Counted from the first letter of the stretch, positions 28,368-38,370 are shown. The stretch is DNA of 42,909 nt from Gammaproteobacteria bacterium (GCA_029864185.1 JAOTTY010000003.1:1-42909); one strand, 5' to 3'. Made by a program: numbers and translations. Notes: generated from the letters alone by a model not told the origin.

Positions 28368-29378
28368 TCAACGCTCGTGCCGAATGCTGGGATTGATCAG
28401 GCCGTAAGTCAGGTCGACGATCAGGTTGACCAGCATGACGATCGACGCGATCATCAGCAGGCCGCCCTGTACCGACGGGTAATCGCGCCTGAAAATCGAA
28501 TCGATCATCCATTTGCCGATGCCGGGCCATGCGAATATGGTCTCGGTCAGTATCGCGCCGGCGAGCAGCACGCCCACCTGCAGACCGATGACGGTTACCA
28601 CGGTAATCAGCGCATTGCGCAGTGCGTGCACGCCGATGACGCGCGCTGGTGACAGGCCCTTGGCGCGCGCGGTGCGCACGTAGTCCTCGCTCAAAACCTC
28701 TAGCATCGCCGAGCGCGTCTGCCGCGCAATAACGGCGAGCGGTATCGTGCCGAGTACGACCGCGGGCAGGATCAGGTGCATGACGGCGGACTGGAACGCC
28801 CCGGACTGACCGGAGAGCAGGGAATCGATCAGCATGAAACCGGTCACCGGCTCGAAATAGTAAAGGAAAGAAATCCGTCCGGAGACCGGCGTCCAGCCCA
28901 GGATCCCGGAAAACAATATGATCAATAGCAGGCCCCACCAGAATATCGGCATCGAGTAGCCGGTCAGCGAAACCCCCATCACGGTATGGTCGAAGATGGA
29001 TCCGCGCCGCACCGCGGCGATGACGCCGGCCGGCAGACCGAGCGCGACAGCGAAGATGATGGCGATCACGGAGAGTTCGATGGTTGCCGGGAAACGCCCG
29101 AGAAATTCTTCCAGCACCGGGGCCTTGGTCACAATCGACACGCCGAGGTCGCCCTGCAGCAGGTCGCCGAGAAAACCGAGATACTGTTCCCACAGGGGTC
29201 GATCGAAACCCATCACCTGCTCGAGTTCGGCGCGGCGCTCGGGGGTTACGCCACGCTCGCCGGCCATCAGCAGGATCGGGTCGCCGGGCAGTAATCGAAT
29301 GAAGGAGAAAGCCGCGATGGTGACGCCGATAAAGGTCGGCACGATCATCATCAGCCTGGAAAGTAAAAACCTAAACAT
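28368..29378 (-). CDS. dppB: Dipeptide ABC transporter permease
   Basis: LPGDP, FPATIEL, SMPIFWWG, EDYVRTARAKGL, RDYPSVQG. Confidence 0.93.
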   Translation of the reverse strand: MFRFLLSRLMMIVPTFIGVTIAAFSFIRLLPGDPILLMAGERGVTPERRAELEQVMGFDRPLWEQYLGFLGDLLQGDLGVSIVTKAPVLEEFLGRFPATIELSVIAIIFAVALGLPAGVIAAVRRGSIFDHTVMGVSLTGYSMPIFWWGLLLIILFSGILGWTPVSGRISFLYYFEPVTGFMLIDSLLSGQSGAFQSAVMHLILPAVVLGTIPLAVIARQTRSAMLEVLSEDYVRTARAKGLSPARVIGVHALRNALITVVTVIGLQVGVLLAGAILTETIFAWPGIGKWMIDSIFRRDYPSVQGGLLMIASIVMLVNLIVDLTYGLINPSIRHER

Positions 29379-29412
29379 TCACCTTTCCTGGCTCGGCAGG
29401 AAATAAAGGAAA

Positions 29413-29438
29413 CTGGCCCCACGATTTCGTGGGGCCAG
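29413..29438 (-). terminator. Stem-loop between dppA and dppB (attenuating or mRNA-stabilising)
   Basis: CTGGCCCCACG-ATTT-CGTGGGGCCAG, followed on the minus strand by TTTCCTTTATTT. Confidence 0.7.
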
Positions 29439-29453
29439 CGATCTTTTCCATGC

Positions 29454-31034
29454 TTATTTCAGGTCCACACCGTAGAAGGAGTGGCCGCCGAAAGGATCGA
29501 TCTTGAATCCGACGACTTCCTTGCGCAGCGGTTTGAAAACCACCGAGTGGGCGATCGTGGCCCAGGGCGCCTGCGACTTGAATTCGATCTGCGCCTGCTC
29601 GTACAGCCTGGTGCGTTCGGCGATATCCGAGACCACCTTGGCTTTCTGGATCAGGTCTTCGAACGGCTGATAACACCATTGTGCCCGGTTGGAGCCGCCA
29701 ACGCCGTCACAGCCGAGCAGCACCGCCAGGAAGTTATCCGGATCCCCGTTGTCGCCGGTCCATCCGAGCAATACCGCGCCATCGCGATCCTTTTCCTTGG
29801 AACGTTTCAGGTATTCACCCCATTCGTAGGACACGATCTCGACCTCGACCCCAACCTTGCCGAAATCTGACTGGATCAGCTCGGCCATGCGCCGCGCGTT
29901 GGGATTGTAGGGACGCTGTACCGGCATCGCCCAGACCTTCATTTTCAGATTCTGGACGCTCTCCGCGGCGAGCGCAGCCTTCGCGGCAGCCGGATCGTAG
30001 GGATCGTCGGCCGTGGCGTTGTTATACGACCAGATGGTCGGCGGGATCGGGTTCTTGGCGACCTTGCCGGCGCCCTGGAATACGGCGTCGATAATGGCCT
30101 GCTTGTTGATCGCCATGTTCAGGGCCTTACGCACCCTGGGGTTGTCAAACGGCGGCACCAGGGAGTTGTAGGCCAGGTAGCCGACGTTGAGGCCTTCCTG
30201 GCTCATCAGGTTGACCGCGGGATCGGTGCGCATGGCGGCGATATCGGCCGGGTTCGGGTAAGGCATGACGTGGCACTCGCCGGCTTTCAGTTTCTGGTAG
30301 CGAACCGAAGCGTCCGGGGTGATCGCGAAAACGAGGTCGTCGATGGCAGCCTTGCCGCGGAAGAAATCCGGGTGAGCCTTGTAGCGGATAAAGGCATCTT
30401 TCTGGTAGGCCACCAGCTGGAACGGACCGGTACCGACCGGGCTCTGGTCGAAGGTATCCATGGTGCCTGCCGTCGCCATCTTCTCGGCATACTCGGCCGA
30501 GTGAATCGACGCGAAGTCCATCGCCAGGTTGGCAATCATCGGCGATTCGGGGCGATTCAATACGAACCTGACGGTATAGTCGTCGACCTTCTCGATGCGC
30601 TTGATCAGGTCGGGCATCGACATGCCGTTGAAATACTCGTAGGCGCCGCCGGATACCATGTGATACGGATGATCCTTGGAAAACTGGCGCTCGAAGGAAA
30701 ACAGCACGTCTTCGGCGTTGAAATCGCGGCTCGGGGTAAAATCCTTGGTGGTATGAAACTTGACGCCCTTGCGCAGCTTAAAGGTATAAATCAATCCATC
30801 CGGGGAAATCGTCCAGCTCTCGGCGAGGCCCGGGATGATTTTGGTGGTACCGATTTCGAATTCGACCAGGCGGTTATAAACCTGGCGCGACGACGCGTCG
30901 AAGGTCGTACCTGCCGTATACAGCGACGGGGTGAATCCCTCCGGTGATCCCTCGGAACAGAAAATGAGTGTTTTTGCGTGCAGCTGGGTCGCAAATAATG
31001 CAACCACCGCCGCGAAAATAATTCTTGATTTCAT
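29454..31034 (-). CDS. dppA: Dipeptide ABC transporter periplasmic binding protein
   Basis: Signal peptide, FCSEGSPEGF, PVGTGPF, AMPVQRPYNPN, GWTGDNGDPDNF. Start at MKSRIIF behind GGAG. Confidence 0.95.
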   Translation of the reverse strand: MKSRIIFAAVVALFATQLHAKTLIFCSEGSPEGFTPSLYTAGTTFDASSRQVYNRLVEFEIGTTKIIPGLAESWTISPDGLIYTFKLRKGVKFHTTKDFTPSRDFNAEDVLFSFERQFSKDHPYHMVSGGAYEYFNGMSMPDLIKRIEKVDDYTVRFVLNRPESPMIANLAMDFASIHSAEYAEKMATAGTMDTFDQSPVGTGPFQLVAYQKDAFIRYKAHPDFFRGKAAIDDLVFAITPDASVRYQKLKAGECHVMPYPNPADIAAMRTDPAVNLMSQEGLNVGYLAYNSLVPPFDNPRVRKALNMAINKQAIIDAVFQGAGKVAKNPIPPTIWSYNNATADDPYDPAAAKAALAAESVQNLKMKVWAMPVQRPYNPNARRMAELIQSDFGKVGVEVEIVSYEWGEYLKRSKEKDRDGAVLLGWTGDNGDPDNFLAVLLGCDGVGGSNRAQWCYQPFEDLIQKAKVVSDIAERTRLYEQAQIEFKSQAPWATIAHSVVFKPLRKEVVGFKIDPFGGHSFYGVDLK

Positions 31035-31212
31035 TATGATTTCTCCACTTTGGCTATTAGCCTGAGTAATCGTTGCAGATTTACTCAATTTTGGTTTTAT
31101 GGTTGTGCGTTGATCGGCTTGGGTTAACTTGCTGGTAAAGTCGACTAACAACAGACCCAGATTGTACAGCCATTCGGCACGATTCTTCACTTTTTTTTAA
31201 TATTGGCGCAAA

Positions 31213-31629
31213 TTAGCGGATGGTTGACGCAGCGCGCTTTAGCATGGCGACGATCAGGGCCAGCCAGCCCAGGATAAAGGCGACGCCGCCCAGTGGCGTA
31301 ATCGCACCCAGCCACTTGCTGCCGCTCAACGCGAGCAGGTAGAGGGATCCGCTGAACAGTGCGATACCAAGCGCGAACGCGATCGTGGCAAACACCAGCC
31401 AGCGACGGGGAAATTGCGGCATGGCAGCCATCACGCCGATGCAAAGCAATGCGATCGCATGGTACATCTGGTACCTGACGGCGGTTTCGAAAATCCCGAG
31501 GTGGTAGCCGTCCAGCACCTGCTTGAGCCGGTGCGCGCCAAACGCGCCCGACATTACGGCGAGCATGGCAAACCCTGCCCCCAGCGCAATTACCCAACGA
31601 CTCATTCTAGAATTCTCGAACAGGTTCAT
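31213..31629 (-). CDS. DUF423 (YgdD/TMEM256-like) membrane protein
   Basis: GAFGAH, YQMYH, FSGSLY, GAITPLGG. Start at 31629 or 31605. Confidence 0.9.
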   Translation of the reverse strand: MNLFENSRMSRWVIALGAGFAMLAVMSGAFGAHRLKQVLDGYHLGIFETAVRYQMYHAIALLCIGVMAAMPQFPRRWLVFATIAFALGIALFSGSLYLLALSGSKWLGAITPLGGVAFILGWLALIVAMLKRAASTIR

Positions 31630-31837
31630 GAAGGCTCGTTGCTCCGATTGACCGGAATGATTTAGCGGATGATTGCACTGCGGAATTCTAAAGCACCGGC
31701 AATCCAATTGTAAGCCGGTAATGAATTACCGCGAGAACGAAGCCCGGAAATACTTCACGATAGACTTCGACCTCCCGGTTACTTATCCTCTGATTACTTT
31801 TCCTCGGCCTGCATTTCAGGCGGCTGCGTTGACCGAT

Positions 31838-32275
31838 ATGCGATTTTCCGAAGTGCTTTTGCGACTGGGCTGTAATCTCGTCGGCTGGCTGATCATTTAC
31901 AGCTATTTTATCTGGCTGGGGGTAATCCCCCAGGTCAGCTGCGGCCCCGAGGGCGCGGAGCTTTACCGCCTGGTGCTAGCTTCATGTCCAGTCGCAATCC
32001 TGGCCGCGATGCTGCTTGGACTGGCGCATCCCCTTACCGGGGTAATCGATTATCTGAAGTGGCTCGCGCTGCCGCTGGTTATTCTGATTCCGCTGTCCAT
32101 AGACCCGATCGCGAAGGCCATGGAGACGGCCACGCTCGGGGCACTCGATTTCTGCGGGCCACTACCTGCTAGCGACTGGCAACGCGCCTGGGCGCCGGTA
32201 CAGATCGCGACGGTGACGATCATCGTCATCGCGGTCGCCCGTTTCCTGATCAGGCGCAGACAAGTTGTCGCTTAG
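31838..32275 (+). CDS. Hypothetical 4-TM membrane protein
   Basis: Four hydrophobic segments, loop cysteines (VSCGP, DFCGP), basic C-terminus; fills the gap between DUF423 and mscL. Confidence 0.65.
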   Translation: MRFSEVLLRLGCNLVGWLIIYSYFIWLGVIPQVSCGPEGAELYRLVLASCPVAILAAMLLGLAHPLTGVIDYLKWLALPLVILIPLSIDPIAKAMETATLGALDFCGPLPASDWQRAWAPVQIATVTIIVIAVARFLIRRRQVVA

Positions 32276-32387
32276 GTAAAATAATTGTCGTAATATTCCC
32301 TTCGTACATTGTGTTGAGGGCCACAGCCTGCCAGAAACAGTGACTCCGGTCACGAACAAGAACCATAAACTGTAAGGGGAAAAGCTA

Positions 32388-32789
32388 ATGAGTATGTTGA
32401 ATGAATTCAAAGATTTTGCAATGCGCGGTAACGTGGTCGACATGGCGGTCGGTATCGTAATCGGAGGCGCGTTCGGAAAAATCGTTTCTTCTTTCGTCGC
32501 GGATGTTCTGATGCCGCCAATTGGCCTGCTGCTCGGTGGGGTCGATTTTCGCGACCTCGCGATCATGCTGAAAGAAGGCGTCGGTGATACCGCGGCTGTC
32601 ATGATCAATTACGGGTCGTTCATCCAGACTGTGGTCGATTTCGTAATCATCGCGTTCGCGATCTTCCTCGTCGTCAAGGCAATGAACTCCTTGAAAAAGA
32701 AAGAAGAAGCACCGGCACCCGCGCCTGAACCCGCGCCGAGCGCAGAAGAAGTCCTGCTGGGCGAAATCCGGGATTTGTTGAAGAAGTAG
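32388..32789 (+). CDS. mscL: Large-conductance mechanosensitive channel
   Basis: [30 protein letters not shown]...[10 protein letters not shown]. Confidence 0.97.
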   Translation: MSMLNEFKDFAMRGNVVDMAVGIVIGGAFGKIVSSFVADVLMPPIGLLLGGVDFRDLAIMLKEGVGDTAAVMINYGSFIQTVVDFVIIAFAIFLVVKAMNSLKKKEEAPAPAPEPAPSAEEVLLGEIRDLLKK

Positions 32790-32864
32790 CGACCCGACTC
32801 GGCCACTGATTCCTGGAAATCCGTCGCACGGACACGACGACTGGCAGTTTATCGGGATAAATCC

Positions 32865-33407
32865 ATGCTCCGATTCCTGCAGTGGTTGCCAGTTACAGGT
32901 CACATCCTCGTGAGCAGCGCTGCACTGGCCGCGAACGGCAACCTGGAACCCACGCTCGAAACCCACACGGGGCCCTGGTACGAGCCAGGCGCCCCTTTCG
33001 TCAGGAGCCTGTGGGAACCGGGGCTGCCCGGGGAGCGTCTGCAGCTTAAGGGGCGGATTTTGAACACGCTGGGCGTGCCGGTCGCGGATGCACTGGTCGA
33101 ACTCTGGCACACCGATGCCCATGGCGATTACCCGCCGCTGCGGGCAAGTATAAGAACGAAGCAAAACGGCAGCTTCGGCATCGGTACCGTGCTGCCCGGC
33201 CATAACCAGGGGTACCGCGCGCGACATATCCATTTTGTCATCACCCACCCGGCCCACAGGCAGCTGGTCACGCGCATCTTTTTCAAGGGTGACGTCAACA
33301 TGGCGGAGGCGCCCTACCCGGAGCTGGCAGTGTTTCTCGAGGAGGGTTATATTGACGGGCAGCCGGTGCTGTTTGCCGATGTCGAGTTCGTGCTGTTACC
33401 GCAGTGA
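32865..33407 (+). CDS. Intradiol ring-cleavage dioxygenase-like protein
   Basis: GPWY, GRIL...PV..A.VELWHTDAHGDY, TVLPG, YRARHIHF, LVTRIFF. Confidence 0.8.
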   Translation: MLRFLQWLPVTGHILVSSAALAANGNLEPTLETHTGPWYEPGAPFVRSLWEPGLPGERLQLKGRILNTLGVPVADALVELWHTDAHGDYPPLRASIRTKQNGSFGIGTVLPGHNQGYRARHIHFVITHPAHRQLVTRIFFKGDVNMAEAPYPELAVFLEEGYIDGQPVLFADVEFVLLPQ

Positions 33408-33486
33408 GACGCCAGCGGAATGCCTGCTCGCATCTGCAGGCCGTAATCAGACCAGGCCAGAGCAACCGTCAACGAGGAAATTACCG

Positions 33487-33687
33487 ATGTTTTTTTTACT
33501 GGCCGGGGTACTGATGCTAACCATCATCATCGGCCTGTTCTGGCTCAAGGACCACCTGCATAGTCCGCTGCTCGCGCGCATCGCCTACTCGGAACTGACC
33601 GCGCGCCTGGCGGTGGTCGGGGCCGCTTTTTCGGTGATCGGTGTGCTGTTGATCATTTCTGACCTGGCCGCAGGCCCGAAGCCATGA
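33487..33687 (+). CDS. Small 2-TM hypothetical protein
   Basis: GAGGA RBS then MFFLLAGVL...; two hydrophobic helices. Confidence 0.6.
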   Translation: MFFLLAGVLMLTIIIGLFWLKDHLHSPLLARIAYSELTARLAVVGAAFSVIGVLLIISDLAAGPKP

Positions 33688-33825
33688 AGATGCTTCATCG
33701 AGTCGTTGCTGCCGCAAGCATGCGGTTAACAGTCTTCGCTAGACTCCTGCTATCTTCGGTGACGGTATCGGGCAGTCTTTGTTCTCCGCACAGAACCGTT
33801 TTCAGGTATTCGGGTCGAACGGTTT

Positions 33826-34332
33826 ATGAATTGCGCGCTTAAACAGATGGCCATCGTGACCTTTGTCGCCTGTTTATCGAATCTCGCCGCTGCGGCTGTT
33901 ATTCATAAATGGGTAGATGCCGACGGCGTCACGCACTACTCCGACGAGGCGCCCGCGACCGCCGAAATCCCGGTTACCGAGATCGATGTTCCACCGGCGC
34001 AAGCCGCATCCGGGGATGCGACAGAGGGTTATTATTCGATAACCAATCAATGGGAGCGGATGCGCCGCGAACGAATCGAACGCGAAAAACTGGCACTCGA
34101 AAAGGCCAGATTCGAAGCAGAGCGGCAGGCTTCGAGCCCGACAGTAGTGTACGTCAACGAACCGGAGACATCGCGATCCGTCAGCGGGTTGCCGGTTTAT
34201 CTACGCCAGGCGGCTCGGCATCATCGCATGCACCACAAATTCGGCCATCGCTATCGCGGTGGGCGGGTTGGGTATAGCCATCCGCGGCCGCCACAACAGG
34301 CCGACCTCGGCTACTTTCCGCACGTTGACTGA
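33826..34332 (+). CDS. DUF4124 domain secreted protein
   Basis: Signal peptide followed by IHKWVDADGVTHYSDEAP and a coiled coil. Confidence 0.85.
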   Translation: MNCALKQMAIVTFVACLSNLAAAAVIHKWVDADGVTHYSDEAPATAEIPVTEIDVPPAQAASGDATEGYYSITNQWERMRRERIEREKLALEKARFEAERQASSPTVVYVNEPETSRSVSGLPVYLRQAARHHRMHHKFGHRYRGGRVGYSHPRPPQQADLGYFPHVD

Positions 34333-34383
34333 CCAGCGGTCGCTTCGTCTCGCGGTGCATTATTGCAAGGGCGATCTAGGGTA

Positions 34384-35643
34384 ATGCGTAATTTCTTCCG
34401 CGTTGTTTTTTCGCTCCTTATCGGGCTGCAATTTTTCCATGCGGGCGACGGCAGTGCACAAACCGAAATTACCGCGCCGGTATCGGAAGATATCGAAGTT
34501 ACCGTTAGCCGGTTCGACGCGAACGGCGACTATCTGCTGCTGTGGATCGCCCCCGAGTACGGTTTTCGCGAAACCCACAGGTCGATGGCCCGCAGGCTCG
34601 GCGCGCAGGGTATCGAAGTCTGGCAAAGCGACATCGTCGAAGCGCTGTTCCTGCCGCAGGGCAGCGGCTCGCTGAAACGGCTCGACGGCAGTACGATCGC
34701 CGACCTGATCGAATATGCGCATCGGCAAACCGGCAAAAAAATCGCGCTGGCGGGAGATTCCTATGCCGCGATGGCGGCGCTGCTCGGAGCCCGCAGCTGG
34801 CAGGACAGAAAACTGGCCGACCCGTACCTGGTCGGCGCCGTCCTCTTCACCCCCTATAGCTATGCCTACATCCCGGCGCTCGGCCTCGAGCCGGAATACA
34901 TGCCGATCGTCGAATCGACCAACATCCCGATGATGATTTACCAGGCGAAAAACAGCGGCACCACGGGCGGCTTTGCCGTGCTGCTGGATAAACTGCGTTT
35001 GCACGAAAGCCCGGTTTACACTCGCATCGTACCCGGCGTCATGAGCCTGTTCTACGCGGAGCCGCCGTCCCGCGCAATGATCGACGTCGCCGAACCGATC
35101 GCGATCGACATCAGGCGGATGCTCGCAGTACTGGCAAGGCACCAGCTACCCGACGCCCCGGTAGCGATCGTGAAGGGCACATCGATCAGGAGCGGAATCG
35201 ATATTTATCTCAGGGAATTCAATGGCGCGATCCCACCCCTGGCGATAAAACTGACCGATATACACGGCGCTCCTGTCGTCCGAAACGACTTTGCCGGCAA
35301 GGTAACCGTGGTCAACTTCTGGGCGACCTGGTGCCCCCCGTGCATCGAGGAAATTCCTTCGCTGAATCGCCTGCAGCGCAAGATGAAGGGTCGGCCATTC
35401 GAGCTGATATCGATTAATTACGCGGAAGACAGGGAAACCGTGATGGATTTCCTGCGACGGGTCAAGGTGGATTTTCCGGTGCTGCTCGACACGGATGGCG
35501 CCTACGCGAAGGCCTGGAGCGTCATCAGCTACCCGTCAAGCTTTGTCATCGACCCGCAGGGCAGGATCAGGTACGGCGTCAACGCAGCCATCGAGTGGGA
35601 CGACCCGGAGCTAATAACCAAACTGGAATCGCTGATGCGATAA
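34384..35643 (+). CDS. TlpA/ResA-like disulfide reductase fused to an N-terminal alpha/beta-hydrolase-like domain
   Basis: Signal peptide; C-terminal GKVTVVNFWATWCPPCIEEIP...YPSSFVIDPQG; N-terminal domain containing IALAGDSYAA. Confidence 0.8.
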   Translation: MRNFFRVVFSLLIGLQFFHAGDGSAQTEITAPVSEDIEVTVSRFDANGDYLLLWIAPEYGFRETHRSMARRLGAQGIEVWQSDIVEALFLPQGSGSLKRLDGSTIADLIEYAHRQTGKKIALAGDSYAAMAALLGARSWQDRKLADPYLVGAVLFTPYSYAYIPALGLEPEYMPIVESTNIPMMIYQAKNSGTTGGFAVLLDKLRLHESPVYTRIVPGVMSLFYAEPPSRAMIDVAEPIAIDIRRMLAVLARHQLPDAPVAIVKGTSIRSGIDIYLREFNGAIPPLAIKLTDIHGAPVVRNDFAGKVTVVNFWATWCPPCIEEIPSLNRLQRKMKGRPFELISINYAEDRETVMDFLRRVKVDFPVLLDTDGAYAKAWSVISYPSSFVIDPQGRIRYGVNAAIEWDDPELITKLESLMR

Positions 35644-35671
35644 TGCCTGACGCGGCGCGGCCGGCATCGGG

Positions 35672-36415
35672 TCAGGTCTTCGCACAGGCGGGGCAGTCGG
35701 GATTTTTCGGTAGCGTCACCGCCTGCCATTCCATAGCGTAGGCGTCGAACAGCAACAGGCGGTTCACCATCGCCTCGCCCTGTCCCGCGAGAATCAACAG
35801 GGTTTGCAGCGCCTGCATCGTGCCGATGACTCCAACCACCGGACCGAGCACGCCTTCGAGTTCGCAGGACTCCTCGGCGCCGAAGGCGTGCGTATACAGG
35901 CACTGGTAACAGGCGCTGTTTGCGGCCGGCTGGTAATTCATGATCTGCCCCTCGAGCCGGATTGCGGCGCCAGTCACCAGCGGGGTCGCGGTGTCGACGC
36001 AGGCGCGGTTGACGTCGAAACGGGTCGGGTAGTTATCGCAACAGTCGAGCACGATGTCGACAGAGCTTACCACCTGCTTCAATTCGTCGCCTTCGAGCTG
36101 ATAGGAAATAAGGTCCACCTCGCATCTCGGGTTCAGGTCCTTGAGGGTTTGCCTGCCCGATTCGACCTTGTGCTCGCCGACCGCGGCCTCGCGGTGAATG
36201 ATCTGCCGCTGCAGGTTGGATGTCTCGACGATGTCGTAATCGCTTAGCACCAGTCTACCGATGCCCGCCGCGGCCAGATACATGGCCGCCGGCGAGCCGA
36301 GGCCGCCGACGCCGACGATCAACGCGCTCGCGTCAAGAATGGCCTGCTGCCCTTTTTCGCCGATCTGCGGCAAGCGGATATGACGCGCAAAGCGCTCTTT
36401 CTGCTCCGGATTCAT
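35672..36415 (-). CDS. moeB: Molybdopterin-synthase adenylyltransferase (MoeB/ThiF E1-like)
   Basis: RFARHI.LP.IG..GQ, VGVGGLG, SNLQRQ, DCCDNY, CYQC...SC..EGVLGP...CPAC. Confidence 0.92.
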   Translation of the reverse strand: MNPEQKERFARHIRLPQIGEKGQQAILDASALIVGVGGLGSPAAMYLAAAGIGRLVLSDYDIVETSNLQRQIIHREAAVGEHKVESGRQTLKDLNPRCEVDLISYQLEGDELKQVVSSVDIVLDCCDNYPTRFDVNRACVDTATPLVTGAAIRLEGQIMNYQPAANSACYQCLYTHAFGAEESCELEGVLGPVVGVIGTMQALQTLLILAGQGEAMVNRLLLFDAYAMEWQAVTLPKNPDCPACAKT

Positions 36416-36741
36416 CCGCCGCCCTTGTGAAAATACTGGTGGAAGCGATGGAAAAAGCGTTCGCGCTCGTCCGGTTCCGCGCGGTCGAAATGGAAGCTCA
36501 CCTTGAGCACCGGCAACGCGAACAGCCCGATCTTGCGCGGTGGCTGTTCGGCCACTTCGATCTCGAGTTCGAAGGCCGAGTTGACGAGCGATACCAGCCA
36601 GCGGTGGCGGCCGATTGCGGCCGCATTGAAGTCGCTGCGTGCGCCGGTGAACGGACCGAGCAGCACCTTGCCGAATTCGTCGGCGCCGTAGCCCATCTCG
36701 TATTCTACGCGGCTCGATCGTGGATCCGGATTAGCGTTCAT
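36412..36741 (-). CDS. Conserved-looking hypothetical protein with C-terminal GGG (AorE-like)
   Basis: EYEMGY...RKIGLFALPVLKVSF.F...FFHRFHQYFHKGGG*. The stop overlaps the moeB start (ATGA). Confidence 0.75.
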   Translation of the reverse strand: MNANPDPRSSRVEYEMGYGADEFGKVLLGPFTGARSDFNAAAIGRHRWLVSLVNSAFELEIEVAEQPPRKIGLFALPVLKVSFHFDRAEPDERERFFHRFHQYFHKGGG

Positions 36742-36839
36742 TGAACTCCACCAAAAGGGGGCATGCGAATTGTCCGGGAAGTTTGAAGACCACTCCGGAT
36801 ACCCATAGCAATGACGCCCCCGTCGCGCGGGATCCCGGT

Positions 36840-37091
36840 TCAACCGCCCGCCACGGGCGGCCAGATCGACACCACGTCGCCCTCTGCCAGTTCACGGGAT
36901 TCACGCTGATCGGCGTTGACGTAATTGCCGTTGACCAGCACGATATGCGCTTCCGCCGGTGAAATATGGTAGCTCTCGATCAGGCGGTTGAGCGGCAACC
37001 CGTCCTCTACCTTGATATCGCGCCTGAATCGGCTCTGCCCAGGCGGCAGATACTTCATCAGCGAGGCGTAGAACTCGATGCTGATATTCAT
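36840..37091 (-). CDS. MoaD/ThiS-family sulfur carrier (AorD-like)
   Basis: IEFYASL, VLVNG, EGDVVSIWPPVAGG. Confidence 0.92.
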   Translation of the reverse strand: MNISIEFYASLMKYLPPGQSRFRRDIKVEDGLPLNRLIESYHISPAEAHIVLVNGNYVNADQRESRELAEGDVVSIWPPVAGG

Positions 37092-37097
37092 TGGTGC

Positions 37098-38351
37098 TCA
37101 GGCGTAACCGAGTTCCTGGGTACAGGCGACATAAGCCTCCATGACCGCGGTCGGATCCTTCATCAGACGCCCCTTCCATTCGCCCAGGTGGATTTTCGAC
37201 TCGATTAATCCGCGCAGCACGCCGATGTGCTGGGTCTTGCCGACGCTGCTCGCACCGACCAGGTGATCGCCGTCGAACTGCAGGTTGATGTACTGGTACT
37301 CGCCCGGATTGTAGAGCTCGGCGCTATCGCCGCCGTCGACACCCATCCACAGGCCGAAAGAGCAGGAAATCAGGCCGACGGTATCGAGCACGTTCATGTT
37401 CAGGGTGCCGTGATGTTCGTCATCCCTGCCGGCCATATTGAGCGCTGCGATGCGCCCGTGATCGGTTGCGGTCGGCTGGATCGCCTGCACCTCGAAGTTG
37501 CCGGTCGAGAAATCGACGCCCTGCGCGACGTCTCCCGCTGCGTAGACGTCGGGATTGCTGGACTGCATACGGCGGTCGACAAGGATACCCTGGTCGACTT
37601 TGATGTCGGTACCCTGGACCAGGTCGGTGTTCGCCTTGACCCCGGTCGCGGTGATTACCAGCGCCGCTGCAAGCTTGCTGCCATCGCTCAGTGAAACTTC
37701 GACCTGGCCTTTGCCGGCGTCGCTAACGCCCTCGACGCTGCAGGAAGTATGCACGTCGATACCCTTGTGCTTGCACCAGGTTTCGAGCAAGCCACCCGCC
37801 TTGTCGTTAAGCATGCGCGGCACCATGCGGTTGCCCATTTCGACCACCGCAAGATTCACGCCGCGCTTGACCAGCGCTTCGAGAATAATACAGCCGATAA
37901 AGCCGGCGCCGATTAACACGACGTTGGAGCCGGATTGCGCCAGCTTGATAATGTTGCGCGCATCTTCCAGTGTCCAGCAGGAATGCACCTGTGACAGATC
38001 CAGCCCTGGAATTGGCGGGCTGATCGGATGCGAACCAGTCGCCAGCAACAGCTTGTCATAACCGCGGCTGCTACCATCCTCAAGCGTCACGGTTTTTCCA
38101 CCGGTGTCGATCTTGTCGACCTTCTGTTGCACTACCTCGATGTTCAAGTCACCGAAATGCTGTTTCGGATCACGCAGGTAGGTACCGGATTCGTCGATGT
38201 TGTTGATCAGATAGTAAGGGATAGCCATACGCGAGTAAGGCGGTTCGGGTTCGTCTCCAATGATTGCGATATCCGCATCTGGATCGGCCTTGCGCAGAGT
38301 CTCGGCGGCGACGACGCCGGCAGGACCCGCACCAATGATTAAATGTTGCAT
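37098..38351 (-). CDS. FAD/NAD(P)-dependent oxidoreductase subunit (AorC-like)
   Basis: IIGAGPAG, PYSR, LLLATGS, IGAGFIG, YAAGDVA; located in the AOR operon. Confidence 0.88.
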   Translation of the reverse strand: MQHLIIGAGPAGVVAAETLRKADPDADIAIIGDEPEPPYSRMAIPYYLINNIDESGTYLRDPKQHFGDLNIEVVQQKVDKIDTGGKTVTLEDGSSRGYDKLLLATGSHPISPPIPGLDLSQVHSCWTLEDARNIIKLAQSGSNVVLIGAGFIGCIILEALVKRGVNLAVVEMGNRMVPRMLNDKAGGLLETWCKHKGIDVHTSCSVEGVSDAGKGQVEVSLSDGSKLAAALVITATGVKANTDLVQGTDIKVDQGILVDRRMQSSNPDVYAAGDVAQGVDFSTGNFEVQAIQPTATDHGRIAALNMAGRDDEHHGTLNMNVLDTVGLISCSFGLWMGVDGGDSAELYNPGEYQYINLQFDGDHLVGASSVGKTQHIGVLRGLIESKIHLGEWKGRLMKDPTAVMEAYVACTQELGYA

Positions 38352-38370
38352 GATGTTATGCCTTCAACTG

